Shown: positions 12,234 to 25,368, numbered from the stretch's first letter. The stretch: DNA of 64,000 nucleotides from Zancudomyces culisetae HAW-14-8 (GCA_052426225.1 JBNJNM010000021.1:2542001-2606000); one strand, 5' to 3'. The notes: generated by a model from the sequence alone, not told the origin. Program-made: numbers and translations.

Positions 12234-15200
12234 ATGAGGTTCAAACAGGCTGAAAAGGCAATTTTGAAAAAGTTGAAGCTTATAAAATGCGAGCTGACCG
12301 AGTCACAGCGAATTAGGACTACCAGTTTTGATTTAAATGTCAAAAACGACACCAAGATTATAACCATAACTAAAAAAGAAATCAATCTTCATCGAAGCAC
12401 TCACAGGATCCGAGGCGGTGTTCTGAAAGATACTAGCAGGGTAAAAAGACGCAATGATGTGTTTTGGAATTTTGGAATGAATATAGAACCGGCTCGGAGG
12501 CAGTATAGTACTTCTAATGCCGCTGAGAAAGCAGGCGAAGAGAAATCTCGCTTAGATTTTGACAGTCTGAACATCAACGAATGGACGAATAGTATGCTCG
12601 AGAAAATATTTAAAAGCGAGAAGGAGGGAGACGTTTTGTGGACAGTAGTTGGAATCGCAAGGTTTTTGGAGCAAAACAACGTCTTAAACACGAAAACATA
12701 CACGGAGGGAGAAATGGTCAAAGAGAATGGTAAAAAGAGTTTAAACAAGGAGGTTTTGGCACGGCTGTTAGATTCACTCCTAAAGGAGGAACTGTATATC
12801 GACAAGGAGATTTATGAACTAAGATATCTTATGCTTAATGTGCAGAAAGCGAGTGGAGAAGAACATAACTACGAGGAGCTTTTTCCTCGTTTATCTTATG
12901 CAAATACGATAATCAAGGTATTTGAACAGCGCAAGTGGGAGTTGAGTAAAAAGCAAAGGGCGGGAATGCTGAAGCTGGTGGCAGGATACGATATGATAAC
13001 GACGATGTACCTTATGTTAGAGAGGGAGGAGGATATATCAGCCACATACAATACTCCGACACTTAATGTGTGGCGAAGTTACGAATATATGAATACAGTC
13101 AGAAATCTCACTAGTGCACACAGGATTGTGCTAGATGCGGAAAAAAATAAAGCTGAAGAGATATTGATTAAAAGTAACCAAACTAAGCGTATAACTCAAG
13201 ATAAAGGTGCCAGTCGCAGGCTGGGAGGGATTTTTCAAAAATCTGCTAAAATCTGGGAAACTGAAAGTATAGGGGTATTTGGTAAAGATAGTAAAGCTAA
13301 ACGCGGGTTTATAGTGCGAAATGGCAACGTCGATGCTGATAAGACTAGTTCCTCGGAAAACGAAACTCTAAATGATGAGTCATTTGGCTGCCAGCTAGTG
13401 AATTATCTGGAAGACAAAAATATAATATTTTCAACAAAGAAACAGCAGTTGCGAAAAAAGACTTCTGTGTCACAAAAAGTAGGGGAAAATCAAGGAAGGA
13501 GACCACTAAAAACAAAACTTGCGTACCAGCTTTTGCAAGCCACAGGGGAACAAGATCGCGAAGTCGATGATGCAATAGACTTATTCCTATTGGCACTATC
13601 ACTCCGTGGTGAGCATAACGAGTTTGAAAAGTTGGTGACCAAACTATTGGAAAAATCAGACCACAGAGTGGACCCATTTTACAAGTCTGGAGTGAGCGCG
13701 GAAACGAAAGCAGGAATGAGTAGCACGGAAATGGTGCTATGGAAAATGGATAGACGGACCACGTCTTTATATCTTCAATCACTCCGTATGAATAAACAAT
13801 GGGATAAGGAGAAGTGGGCATTTAGAGAGGTGTTGCTGAAATGGCGTCTTAAACTGGGCAAAATAACTTCGTTGTCCATGGAAGTTAATAATAATAATAA
13901 TAATGATAATGGTAGTAGTATTACTAGCGGTCGCGATAAGAGTAAGCAGGATCCAAAGGTACAGGAAGCGATAAACGACATTATAAACACAAGATGGAAG
14001 GAAGGAATGATATGTGGACAACACGTATATGCATTGTTAATGCAGGGAAAGCTGGATGAAGCAATAGACGTTGTGCATGAGCTCAGCCACACAGCAAAAG
14101 TAGGAATACCATCAGCAGTATATAACGCCATCATCAGAATTCTGGCAGTTAGCAGCGACGAGAACCTGGAAAAGGCTGTAGGCTTACTTAAAATGATGGA
14201 GAAAAAGACAAATACACATACAAGCGATATATTTGCGGGGCCCCTAATACCACATGCAACTAAAGAAACATTTGCAATGCTGATCGAATGTGTCATTTTA
14301 AATTCGCATCATCATCATCATCAGCAAGAAGTAAGAACGAACAATGGTTACGACAGTTTTAATATTGATATGATCATACAAATAATAGATCTGATCTCCA
14401 AGAGGAGCCTCATCACTTTACCATCAACTACGACTGCAATGTTGATAGACTTTGTGCTAAATGAAATAAAAAAGGTAGATAGGAGTACTTTGCAAGTCCC
14501 AGTGATCATTCAGCTAAAGTTGCTGTATTTAGATCTAATTAGGAGAACTCTATACAACTTTTGCACTAATATTTCGCATGTTGTTGAATCACTAAATTTA
14601 ATACATAACAAATGGGTATTTTCAATGCTTACTAATCTATTAAAAGCTATTTCGCGGATAATTATGGAACTCAAGAGTACGACTCAGTACGAAAGCTTGG
14701 TTCATGATTCTCATAACATTGGTGTTATTATTTCTCAACTGGGCCATTCCATATCTACTATGCTCGTTCCTAGAGTTAAAAATTTGCCTGTTCAAACTCA
14801 TAACATTGATGACTGGAATTTGGTAGTTGTGAAAGCATTGTTAGTATCCCACCGATCTACAAAAATCAGCATCGCATATCCACATCAGGTGGAGATGATG
14901 AACTTCTTATACAAATCAATATACAAAAATAAATTATACCATAACAATGGTATGAATAAGCTGATTGTGGATAGGTTTTTGAATCACGAGCTAAAATTAG
15001 TAACTTTGAATACTGGTAAACATAAAGCAGTGTATTATTTGAATAAGTACTACTGGGGTAGCGTAGCATTGGCGATGGCACGATTGAGATTTGACGACTC
15101 GGAGCTATTTAGCGCCGTTGAAAAGTTCACTTCTCTTAAGATTCCAAATATTGACTTGAGGATAAGCGGGGAAAACGGCTCAGCCATTAGCTACCGCAGT

Positions 15201-18200
15201 CTAAAATCAGACGAAATGATCACAATCAGACCAAAAGCTGTATTAAAAGTTTTGGAAATATGGAAAAAACACGTTTTTGAAAATACACCGAAAAACTCAA
15301 AGACAGCTAAGAGTTCTTATAACCATGAGATTCGAATATCGAAAGGCCAATATTTCAATGACCCGGAAGTTCGAGCTTTTCTTGCAGCTATTAATTTTGA
15401 ATTAAAATCTAATAGGATTAATGCAGGACTTCAAATATCGATTATTAATGCTGATGGTGTCAATGGTGATAATGGTGTCAATGGTGATAATGGTGTCAAT
15501 GGTGATAATGGTAGCAGTGATGTCTTTTTTGTATTGACCAACGAAAAAAAGAAAAGTAGAACAACCGGTGAACATGCTAGGCACACTGAAGGAGCATCCA
15601 GAGGGAAAATTCTGCTTTTTAATGCAGTTTCGAATCATCGCTCCAAAAAAATCAATAGCCTGATAGAAGCAAACTCTATTGATCAGGCATGGGCGCTATT
15701 TAAGTCGCTGATGGCTGATAACCTACTGCTAGAACATCAGACACTACTCAACCTATATTACGGCACAGTATATCAGTACAATAATGATCCTAATAGGCGA
15801 AAAGCTCTACTGAAAAACGTGAATATGTTGGTCAAGCTTGAGATTAACAAACTCCAGGATAGTGTTTTTAACGACCCAAACCTTGATGATTTCATAAGGA
15901 CAAGATACCTGGTGGTCACTGAATCTATACTGATCGATTACCTGTCGAGATTTAAAAACGATTTCTCGTTGGCTATTGATAAAATCATAGAATTAAACCG
16001 CTTCTACAATCTGGTTCCAACCAATTTAAGTTTGATACAATTTTTCACAAGAATATCAACTTATTTTTCAAGGATAGATAGCAAAGCCACGCCAGAGACA
16101 CCAGTTAACGCTAAAAAAGATTCTGGTAGGGAAGCGAGTAATACTGGTGATTTGAATAATTTGAATGGTTTGGTAAAGAGTACCATTTCGCTATTATCAG
16201 ATTCACAAAACAAACTCAATACACAGTCTAGAATCTGGAGTTCCATCAAGTCATCAGCCAATTTCTCACTAGCGCCGTCATCTGCCAGTTTGGATTTCAA
16301 AGAAAAACAGAGTATTTACAGCAAGAATGACTCATTACTTTTACTACTGATAAAATTTGGTTTCCACTTGTTGGAAAGTGCAAATATTGGTCAGCTTCAA
16401 CAACAAGGGAAATATCGAAATATTTCTACTGAAAACTCGAGACAAATGTATGCAACTTATGTCAGATTTTTGGTCTCGTTGCTTGATTTGATATTCAAGT
16501 CCCGAAACACCGAATTTTTCAACGCTTTTAGCTTTTATTTCCTAAATAACATTATTGCTCCAAATACGACAGGGATAGGAAAGAACGGTGCAGGCGAAGA
16601 CCATAACAACTACAGGAATATTTCGCAACGGTTTGTTAGTGTTTGGGTTAAAATAATCATGGATTCTTTCTATCTTTTCTCTGGCCATTCTTCTACAAAG
16701 AGTATTGGAGTTTCGACTGAATTCATAGAGTCTTTCTATTCGGCAGCGAACATTGATTTGAGCAAAATTTCCACCCACAGTTCAACACGCAACCACACTG
16801 AAAATGACAGCAACACTACTAATACCATATCTTTTGGAAACGTAGCCCTCGATGAATTTGTTAAACACAAGCAGTTCATATACAGTTCCAACTTTGTACA
16901 CAACACTATCGAATCCAATACTATCACCAACCACAATACCACTGCTAAGTCCTTGTATGCTCCCAAAAACCAACCTACATTTATTGATTATTTATTTGCC
17001 TTCATAACTAGTTTTTACTCTGGATCTTCTGGTGATTTTAAATCCAGAAACTTTGTAAAACCACAGCATCATTATAACCCTGAAGCCAAGTATTATAAAC
17101 CGATAGATTCGTTTATACAAATACTCTGCAACCGCCATGACCCCTCACCTGCAGTGTCCGACCTTCCAATTATTTTCCAACATATTAGCATGGAACCAGC
17201 AGTGCTCCATGCTAATCGTGAAGATACAGATGGTATTTCTATTGATGTATGGGATGTTTTTTCATTACTATCAATCTACAACTCAAAACAAAGTGCAAAA
17301 TACAGTGAAGGCCGAATGAGACACCGATACTTGTCCAATCTCTATCTATTCCCGAACCACCAGACTTTCCAGCTGCTACTAGGTTTGTTGGCAAAATATA
17401 AATACAATCTACTTGAACCTTTATTCAAAAGACTATTCCTCAGCGCAAACAGCAGTATCTCAATTTTCGATACCAACGCTTCATCTAATACCGGCTTGTC
17501 AGATACCAATAAGTCTGTTTTGCTTGCCTGTTTTTCAGATGGATCCAACTACCTCCAAACACCTAAAGACTACTACTTAGATCTGCAAACCTTTAAAATT
17601 CTACAAGAGTACGTAGAGTGCAATGCATATTTGTTGGCAGCTGCTGAATCAATGTTGAATTGTCTACTTTTCTGTTTACGAACCCCCATCCAGTTTCCAC
17701 CACTTTTCTCATCTCATTCTAGTATCGATAGTCACTCTGGTCACAATAGTAGCGACTCTGCTCTCACTGAAAATTACACCCACAGCGACACAGACTACCT
17801 CGCCCAACAACTCAAGGAAATCTTGTGCAAAAAACAAAACGAACTACAAATGCCAGTCGAATCATCAAGTGCTAAAACATGCTTTTATCAGTTCGTCTTG
17901 GACATTGTGTATACATATCTCTTCACATTTAATCTGTATATTTCACCAAAATCTGTGATCCAAAACCTTCCTGTAAATTTCTACTACCGCCTAGATTTCT
18001 ACCTTTTGACCCTTTCGAAACTAATCATGGATACACCTCTTAAGAGTACACCCAGCTTCACTTATAAACTTTCCAGCGACTATCTCCCTTTATTGGAGCA
18101 TCTTTCTGCAAACGTACAAAGCTCCGCTGGTGTAGCTACAGTAAACCCATCTTTACATATTCCCGTGGAAAGCATCCTGTCTAGCGCCCAGCTGATTTCA

Positions 18201-18221
18201 AAGGCTTTAGGCTCAACATAA
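12234..18221 (+). CDS. 1995-aa intronless protein with degenerate PPR-like helical repeats; probably mitochondrial RNA-binding
   Basis: PPR-like segments (LLMQGKLDEAIDVVHEL..PSAVYNAIIRILA; NSLIEANSIDQAWALFKSLM; PNHQTFQLLLGLLAK); basic N-terminus with an RRQYSTS cleavage-like motif. Confidence 0.55.
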   Translation: MRFKQAEKAILKKLKLIKCELTESQRIRTTSFDLNVKNDTKIITITKKEINLHRSTHRIRGGVLKDTSRVKRRNDVFWNFGMNIEPARRQYSTSNAAEKAGEEKSRLDFDSLNINEWTNSMLEKIFKSEKEGDVLWTVVGIARFLEQNNVLNTKTYTEGEMVKENGKKSLNKEVLARLLDSLLKEELYIDKEIYELRYLMLNVQKASGEEHNYEELFPRLSYANTIIKVFEQRKWELSKKQRAGMLKLVAGYDMITTMYLMLEREEDISATYNTPTLNVWRSYEYMNTVRNLTSAHRIVLDAEKNKAEEILIKSNQTKRITQDKGASRRLGGIFQKSAKIWETESIGVFGKDSKAKRGFIVRNGNVDADKTSSSENETLNDESFGCQLVNYLEDKNIIFSTKKQQLRKKTSVSQKVGENQGRRPLKTKLAYQLLQATGEQDREVDDAIDLFLLALSLRGEHNEFEKLVTKLLEKSDHRVDPFYKSGVSAETKAGMSSTEMVLWKMDRRTTSLYLQSLRMNKQWDKEKWAFREVLLKWRLKLGKITSLSMEVNNNNNNDNGSSITSGRDKSKQDPKVQEAINDIINTRWKEGMICGQHVYALLMQGKLDEAIDVVHELSHTAKVGIPSAVYNAIIRILAVSSDENLEKAVGLLKMMEKKTNTHTSDIFAGPLIPHATKETFAMLIECVILNSHHHHHQQEVRTNNGYDSFNIDMIIQIIDLISKRSLITLPSTTTAMLIDFVLNEIKKVDRSTLQVPVIIQLKLLYLDLIRRTLYNFCTNISHVVESLNLIHNKWVFSMLTNLLKAISRIIMELKSTTQYESLVHDSHNIGVIISQLGHSISTMLVPRVKNLPVQTHNIDDWNLVVVKALLVSHRSTKISIAYPHQVEMMNFLYKSIYKNKLYHNNGMNKLIVDRFLNHELKLVTLNTGKHKAVYYLNKYYWGSVALAMARLRFDDSELFSAVEKFTSLKIPNIDLRISGENGSAISYRSLKSDEMITIRPKAVLKVLEIWKKHVFENTPKNSKTAKSSYNHEIRISKGQYFNDPEVRAFLAAINFELKSNRINAGLQISIINADGVNGDNGVNGDNGVNGDNGSSDVFFVLTNEKKKSRTTGEHARHTEGASRGKILLFNAVSNHRSKKINSLIEANSIDQAWALFKSLMADNLLLEHQTLLNLYYGTVYQYNNDPNRRKALLKNVNMLVKLEINKLQDSVFNDPNLDDFIRTRYLVVTESILIDYLSRFKNDFSLAIDKIIELNRFYNLVPTNLSLIQFFTRISTYFSRIDSKATPETPVNAKKDSGREASNTGDLNNLNGLVKSTISLLSDSQNKLNTQSRIWSSIKSSANFSLAPSSASLDFKEKQSIYSKNDSLLLLLIKFGFHLLESANIGQLQQQGKYRNISTENSRQMYATYVRFLVSLLDLIFKSRNTEFFNAFSFYFLNNIIAPNTTGIGKNGAGEDHNNYRNISQRFVSVWVKIIMDSFYLFSGHSSTKSIGVSTEFIESFYSAANIDLSKISTHSSTRNHTENDSNTTNTISFGNVALDEFVKHKQFIYSSNFVHNTIESNTITNHNTTAKSLYAPKNQPTFIDYLFAFITSFYSGSSGDFKSRNFVKPQHHYNPEAKYYKPIDSFIQILCNRHDPSPAVSDLPIIFQHISMEPAVLHANREDTDGISIDVWDVFSLLSIYNSKQSAKYSEGRMRHRYLSNLYLFPNHQTFQLLLGLLAKYKYNLLEPLFKRLFLSANSSISIFDTNASSNTGLSDTNKSVLLACFSDGSNYLQTPKDYYLDLQTFKILQEYVECNAYLLAAAESMLNCLLFCLRTPIQFPPLFSSHSSIDSHSGHNSSDSALTENYTHSDTDYLAQQLKEILCKKQNELQMPVESSSAKTCFYQFVLDIVYTYLFTFNLYISPKSVIQNLPVNFYYRLDFYLLTLSKLIMDTPLKSTPSFTYKLSSDYLPLLEHLSANVQSSAGVATVNPSLHIPVESILSSAQLISKALGST
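15455..15512 (+). repeat. 18-bp coding tandem repeat x3 (GVNGDN)
   Basis: ggtgtcaatggtgataat repeated three times. Confidence 0.9.
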
Positions 18222-18430
18222 GATTTCTCATTTTGGCTAGTAATCCTCACACACCCTCTTCTCTTTTTTTATAGATATATGAGTCTTTGTTCATGTTACA
18301 AAATAGATTTAAGTAGATTGTATTTATTGATCCAAACTAAAAAAAAAGCCCAAAAACAAACGCTGTCACAAAAACCAAACAAAAAGTATTTTGATGAATC
18401 AGATGTTGTGTGTGTGCAAAATAAAAAAGG

Positions 18431-19498
18431 TTACATAAAATCATCAAAGTCGTCGTATTTGTCTGTATAGTCAGTAATATCCAGTTTTCCCTTTGGTAGG
18501 GCTCCAACATTGACCTTTTTGACACCTGCGGACGATGCAGCACCCTTTTTCCCTTTACCTTTTGCACTTGCCTTTGCTGCCTTTTGCTTTTCATTTGCTA
18601 GCGCAGTCAGCGCCCTGCTGATTTTGTTTATCTCCACATCCTTCAATGGTTCACATAAATCTCGAACAAAATCGTTGACAAAATCGCCATAATACCTTGA
18701 CTCACCACAGTTCATTCGGATTTTATCCATCAGCACCTTTCTGTACTCCTTGAATTCATCCAATGATCTTGGCTTCATTTGGATTGCTTTTTGAAACTCT
18801 TGATCCTTAATCGTCATTCCTGAAAACAACTCTTCGGCATTTTGCATATCAGCTTGTATGACTTGTCTCTTTTCCTGCTCCTTTTTTGACAAAAGCTCCA
18901 TTTCATCTTCTGATTCCTCATCTCTGATTATTTTCCGTGCAGCCTCCTAGTTTCCCACTCATCATGTTATTTTTTGCTGATTCTCTCGCTCCACCCATTT
19001 CCCAAGTATACTTTATACTATTGTATATAATTTTCGAATTTATATAGAAAATAAATACCTTATTTACACTAGAACCTTTGGTTGCGGCTGGTTCTTTTTG
19101 TTCTTCCTCTTCTTCACTTTGCTCTTCTTCACTTTGTTCTTCTTCGGAATCGTCCCAATTATCCTACATTTAGCAATGTTGGTGTTATTTTTTTGATTTA
19201 AATCGCAGCCTGTATTACTTGATTTCTCTCAAAACTACCAGAGTAAAGAATATCCCCCCCTTCCCCTTCCCCTTCCCCTTCCACTCCCCAAAACGCCAAT
19301 AATATATTAATCAAATCTTACCTTCACGTCACTGTCGCTCTCACTCTCGTCATTCCATCGTTTCTTGTAAGTAGCTGCACCTATTTGCGATTTATTTTTG
19401 CAACAAAAAAGTGATCTTTAACAAAAATACCGTAAAACAAGAAACTCTGGAACCTAACTGTCCAGAATTATGAGTTGGTTATTACCTTGGTTCGCCAT
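18431..19498 (-). CDS. HCR1: Translation initiation factor eIF3 subunit J, 4 exons
   Basis: Spliced MANQGAATYKKRWNDESESDSDVK-DNWDDSEEE...; ADMQNAEELF; RALTALANEKQK; C-terminal YDDFDDFM signature. Confidence 0.88.
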
Positions 19499-19877
19499 TT
19501 TCGTTATATTTAGCAGTGTGGTTTTTCGCCTTTTCCTTGGCAGTGTTACTTGGAATCGAAATATTTGAAATGTAATTATCAGCCCTAAAAAAATTTTTTA
19601 AACTAAAACCATGACAAAAATCGATGTACCTGCTGGCGCAAAAAAATTAAATAAATAAACATAAGCTTTGCTACTTTGAACTCTGAAAGAAAATTGCACA
19701 AATGGTATTGGTTTATCCTGCAGCTTCTACTAAAATTTGTACACACTCTCTTCCCATATTCAATCTCATACAAAACTACAACTCTCATTAAACGATTTTC
19801 ATAGTGATAGTATCTTTAATTTTCTTTCACTATTTCTCTATTCAATTATACTCTTTATTCATCCATTTCTTATTCAG

Positions 19878-20398
19878 ATGTCGAACGAAGAAATCTCTGA
19901 ACAGCTGAACTCAAAGGAAAATGAGAGACCCGTCTTTTCTACGGGGAGCGATGGATTTGTGAATGACATTATAAATTCAGTTCTTCTAGGTGGTATAAAC
20001 AGCAGCGTGCTGTTGTGCCTAAACATTACCTTTTTGGCCTTGTTTTCGGTTCAGTTGTTTTTGCTATATGCGACTGGGGGTAACTTGCATGTGCTTGGTC
20101 TGATAGGGGTAACCATCCTCTTTTATCTCACTGTCAAGTTGTAAGTCCTAAATATATCAATACTTGGCCTTATTTGAACTCGTATATATCACTGAAAGCA
20201 TTTTAACAATCCACCATTATCTAATTTAGCTTTCTGCATGAACTGAGAAAAACAGTTGATAGTCAAAAGAATTCATCCCTAAAAGAAAACGAACATGAAA
20301 CGGACACGCCACAAGAAAATATCCAAGAAAAAAGCAAAGACTCTAGATCTGTTACCACCGAGAATAGCACCTCATCCAAAATCCGCAGAAGAATTTAG
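19878..20398 (+). CDS. PKR1: ER membrane V-ATPase assembly factor Pkr1-like, 2 exons
   Basis: FVNDIINSVLLGGINS, then two TM helices with GNLHV; intron ~20142-20229; charged C-terminal tail. Confidence 0.7.
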
Positions 20399-20934
20399 AG
20401 CTATTTCAGTGTTGGGCACATTTTGTATACTAATAGCCTGATTCGGCACAAGCTTGATTTTATCTTTTTATCTTTTGGTTAAAACACGCAGATTCCTGAC
20501 TCTTTTCTGCACTTTTTTTGCTGTTGCTGGTTGAAATTATTTATTATCGGTTGCTGTGTCACTAAATCACATAGACATACACTCACCCATAAATAAAACA
20601 TTTTGTTACAACATAAAACACTACAGTACCATTTCCCCCAAAATAAATTTTGTGTTGTGAAGGGCTAGCGTTCATTCCAAACACGCATTGGAATGTTCTA
20701 ATTTAACTATACTCGATTTGGCAAATAAATATTAGCACATCAGAAAAAACAGATCTTGAACCTTGGTCTGAAAGATTTATCATTTATTCTATATCATATG
20801 AGTAACTTGGATACACTAATAATAGCAGATAATATATAAATCAACTAGATTAGCTATAACAACCCCATGAATATACACCGATGCATATATGTTCTGATAA
20901 ACGAGTCAGGAATATATTCTCAATTCGAAAGGAC

Positions 20935-22185
20935 CTAGTTTTTGGCCAAAAACTCATCAGCTATGGCTCTGCTTATGACAAGTCTTTGGATCTGGCTTGT
21001 TCCCTCATAAATCATATATATTTTTGCGTCTCGCATTAGTTTTTCAACTGGATATTCAGAGTTAAAGCCATTTCCGCCAAATATTTGGACCGCATCAGCC
21101 GCACACTTGTTGGCAGTTTCTGAAGAAAAAGCCTTTGCAATACTTGCGTACTTGCTGTTCCTCAGTCCCATATCTTTGAGCTGAGCCGATTTCCACATCA
21201 ACAATCGAGAGGCCTCCACACCAATCTCCATGTCAGCCAACATGAACGCTATTGCCTGGTGGTTGAAGATTGGTACACCCATGGTTTTTCTTTCCAACGA
21301 GTACTTTGTGGCTTCGTCAAGAGCTCTCTGTGCCAAGCCAACAGCACCAGCTGCAACCCCAGGACGTGTGATGTCAAAAGCACCCATAGCTATTTTGAAG
21401 CCTTGGCCGACTTGACCCAGCCTGTTTTCGTCGGGTACAACCACGTTTTCAAAAGTGATTCCCCTGGTATCACTGCACCTTTGTCCCATATTCCACTCCT
21501 TGCGCCCTACTATGATTCCTGGAGTGTCTGCATCGACAATAAAGCCTGTAAAAGCTTTTCCTGTGTGTGCGTTTGAATCTGTTTTGGCCAACACAAAGTA
21601 CCAATTGGCTTTTCCTCCATTAGTGATCCACATTTTTTGTCCGTTGATTACCCATTTGTCCCCCTCCTTGACAGCTGTTGTCTTTGCACCTGCAACATCG
21701 CTTCCGGCTCCTGGTTCTGTAACTGCGTATGCAGCCATCAACGGCTCTTCAGTCATTCTTCCCAAATATTTTTTCTTTTGTGCATCGTTGGCAGCCAGAA
21801 CAAGTGGAGCTTCGGCGAGACCATTCGCTTCCATAGCAGTTGCAATGCCTGTACAACCGTATGCTAACTCCTCGGAAATCAAACACGCCTCAAACACACC
21901 CAGCCCATTTCCGCCATAGGTTGTGGGAATATGATTATTCATCAAGCCGAGTTCCCAAGCTTGTTTTATTATATCTACTGGATATTCGCCAGATTTGTCA
22001 TGGGCTGCTGCAGCTGGAACAATTACCTCTCGCGAAAACTTTCTTGCCAAATCTCTGTAGGCAGTTTGGTCCTCTGTCAACTGGAACGAAACAGATCCCT
22101 GTGCTGACGCGGTAAATAGTCTCTTTGAGATTCCTGCTTTGCCTGCAGCAGCTCTTAATGCTGATGGTCTCAATGCGAAGCTCAT
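20935..22185 (-). CDS. ACADM: Medium-chain acyl-CoA dehydrogenase, mitochondrial
   Basis: Presequence; [13 protein letters not shown]; [11 protein letters not shown]; [35 protein letters not shown]. Confidence 0.93.
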   Translation of the reverse strand: MSFALRPSALRAAAGKAGISKRLFTASAQGSVSFQLTEDQTAYRDLARKFSREVIVPAAAAHDKSGEYPVDIIKQAWELGLMNNHIPTTYGGNGLGVFEACLISEELAYGCTGIATAMEANGLAEAPLVLAANDAQKKKYLGRMTEEPLMAAYAVTEPGAGSDVAGAKTTAVKEGDKWVINGQKMWITNGGKANWYFVLAKTDSNAHTGKAFTGFIVDADTPGIIVGRKEWNMGQRCSDTRGITFENVVVPDENRLGQVGQGFKIAMGAFDITRPGVAAGAVGLAQRALDEATKYSLERKTMGVPIFNHQAIAFMLADMEIGVEASRLLMWKSAQLKDMGLRNSKYASIAKAFSSETANKCAADAVQIFGGNGFNSEYPVEKLMRDAKIYMIYEGTSQIQRLVISRAIADEFLAKN

Positions 22186-23724
22186 TTTCTTTTTTAAAAC
22201 GCTGGTGTTTTCACTTTTTGTAAAGAATAGAATAAATAAAAGCTGTTATCTATTTTTTCACGAGGGAGAAAGCTTTATATACAAAGCTGCAGGTTGTTGT
22301 TTATGTGGTAATTTTTAGTGTTCCCTTTTTCCTTTATGCGCAATCCCAGTCCACCCAATAAAACAACCCATAATCAATAGAGGTTAACAACGTACCTTTT
22401 ATTGCATTTTTCTGCAATTTTTCATATGCAAATCTAACATTTGATATTCTGGTTTGTATAAATTTTCCACCCAATATCGAACCCACTTAGTCTTCCAATG
22501 TATGGCCACTTTCTTTGTAATATTTATTCCTATTAAATAAAAGTCATGTAACTTTTTTTTTTGCTATTGAGCTATGTCCCTCTTTCATTTTTCAATTTTG
22601 CTTGTGATTTTTAATTCAATAGCCAAATCCTATTCGATTACAACTGCCAAATTGGTGAAATTAAAAATCTGTACCAGCTATAAGCACTGGTATCTGAATA
22701 CAACATAAACAGAACAATATTTTTTATAATTTTTTTTTTCCTGGACTTTAAAAAAAAAATTTTGATTGCAGGCTAGTAAACAAGCGAAATAAAAAAGCTG
22801 CCATACACATCTTATCACATCCAAAACACACCTCTGGTAAATAAAAAAAACCTCCCGATTTCAATCACGTTCAAACTGAAACAAGTTACCCCTACCTCAA
22901 AAACAAAATTAATTCAAGTCATGTCCAAAAGCACACTTTTTGCCGAAAAAAAAAACAGAAAACAATGGAGACCTTGAGAGGAAAGATGGCTAATTTTGCA
23001 CTTATCAGTTGATTGTTTTAACACCATTACCCAGCCCCCTTTACAAATAATAGACAGAAAAAGAAACAAGGTGAACTCAACTGAAAAGTAAACAAAAGAA
23101 ACTATCACTATAATGTGGGCTTTGTTTAAAATATCCACCAACCTTGTATTTGGTAAACCATGTTAACTATAGCAGCTGGCTTGTCTAAAACTTTAAAAAC
23201 ATCTAAGTGTTGTGTAAATATAAGTAAAACATTCCAAAAGGACTATATGACTACATTCGTAGCTGTTTTCTTTATTTGTGGTATAAGAGTTTTCAATACG
23301 TTTTACGCAAATACCTGCAACTGTTTTAAACATGTATCAAACAGACAAGCTGATACTCGCGGCCTTGTGTGTATATATACAATAAATATAAATGAAATGG
23401 TGGAATAGACACCATTATCGCTAATACTCTTTGCGACCCTCTGTTACACGTAAAGAGGTGGTAGTAATGGCTGAAAAAGAATGTATACAAATTTATGTGC
23501 ATTCAGTGTTGCCTCAACTGCAGTTAGGCTTTACCAGCTTGCCCCCACCTTAGTAGTGGTTGTGTTTATAAATTTCTACAATGTTAGCTTTATCTTAACT
23601 CTGGAATTTGCATTTATAGAGCATCTAGAACCTAAAGAGAAAACAATACATGAAAACCCAACAAAGAAAAAAGTAGAAGGAGAGGAGAGAAAAGAGAAAA
23701 CGTCAAAAAAAGGACATACATACC

Positions 23725-24970
23725 ATGATACGAATGTATGCAATAATCAACTACAATGGTATGTCAACAACTACCAAGACTTTGTTAGCCATACTAAATA
23801 TAATAGTCACTTGTGCTCTATCCGTTTTCTATGGTGTATTTATGTTTTACCCACTTTTTCCAGAAATTGAAAAGTCAGGTGCATATCGTAGTATGTGGTA
23901 CGCTGGTAGTTTAAGCTTCGATGAAGATGGTCTTCCTGACAACAATATGTTTGGGAATGTTGGAATACGATTTGGGAATAGCTCTTCAAAATCAACACTT
24001 ACAGACATTTACGAAGCACATATAACATTTATTACGCCTATGTTTTCCTATTTCTGGATAAACCTGCTTGCATATGTGTGGTTAATCGGGTATTCATTAT
24101 ACATTCTGATCCCTCACACAAATGTTCGATTGATAAGAAGTAGCTTGAAGCTATACCCACTAAAGTTTGTCGTGCTAAATATTATATTTTACCTGATTTT
24201 GGTAAGTTCTTAAACAAAAAGTCATAATTCGAGATTGTAGCTAGAAGATGGGTAAATACATATATGCTAATGATGATAATATAATAATAATAATAATAAT
24301 ACTAAGACACGCTGTTTTTCCTGGAAATTAGGGGTTTAATAGAGTAATCGAGTCAACAATTATAAAGTTTTTCTGCATCCTGGATCTATGTGTAATCTAT
24401 CTAAAATTGAACAAACACTCTCCATACACATCTATAATGACGTTTGTTATGTGTCATGCACCATTTTCCTTATTGTTTGGACTTGAGCTATGTGAACTTA
24501 TAATGATGGTGAATATGTCTATATTCTCACGCAATGGAGAAGCACTAGCAAGAGAATCCACCGGATACGACACAACATTTTTTGCTGGAAATGTGGCTTT
24601 ATTGTGTTTTGTTGCACTAGGCGTAAACAACTTTCACCACCGAAGAGATTTATCATTTGCGTTACCAGTAGCGATATTCTTGCTAATGGTTGGCTTGGGA
24701 AATATTTATTCACAAACTGTGTTTTGGATTGCATCCTCAGGATTTATTGTGCTACTGTTTGGTATTTGCATCTCAGCGTCATGGAATTTAGCCACATTGA
24801 TATGTAGGGTTCAAGCAGAAGACATTGGTTGCTATGAGCCTGATGAAATGATGATAAAGACAGGCTACCCAGGAAGCGAGCCCGGTGGGTTTGGCGAGCA
24901 ATTTATAGGATTGATTGACGAATATAAAAAACAGAACTTATATAAAAGTCCTAGAGCTTGTATCTCCTAG
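23725..24970 (+). CDS. Multi-pass membrane protein (resembles fungal DUF1774-type proteins), 2 exons
   Basis: Several hydrophobic helices; in-frame intron ~24202-24331 (GTAAGT...GCTAAT...TAG); HAPFSL motif. Confidence 0.6.
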
Positions 24971-25368
24971 TATTTTTTATGAGCATTTTGCTATATGTAT
25001 TATTACTTCTTGTTTGCTTTAATTGTTTTAACAGATCAAAAAGCATGAAATCATGATACTTTTTCCTCATTTTTCAATGTTAGTTTTAGGTTTAGTTTTA
25101 GTTTTGTACAAACCAGATGCGTCCGAGGGGTAGCCAACGGCGGTCGTCATTCTCAGGCGCACATCGTTTGAAAACTATAATCCATTGCGATTACTTGTAA
25201 CAAAACATTATATTGATATTTTTTAATAACGCTGTATGGAAAAATGGAAAGTAAATGGATTGTTAACTAACAGTATCGTGTCTGTAGTCGTAAAGATAAT
25301 ATATGAGCAAGGAGCGGGCCACATATTTTCTTTCAATATCTAAATGCCCTCGTCTAAAAAACATCTTT

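Noticed and set aside
25078-25105. Telomere-like TTTAG repeats
   Set aside because: Short, irregular and internal; ordinary low complexity
25116-25175. SECIS element
   Set aside because: The minus strand has ATGA but no apical AA motif or proper GA quartet, and neither flanking gene has an in-frame TGA
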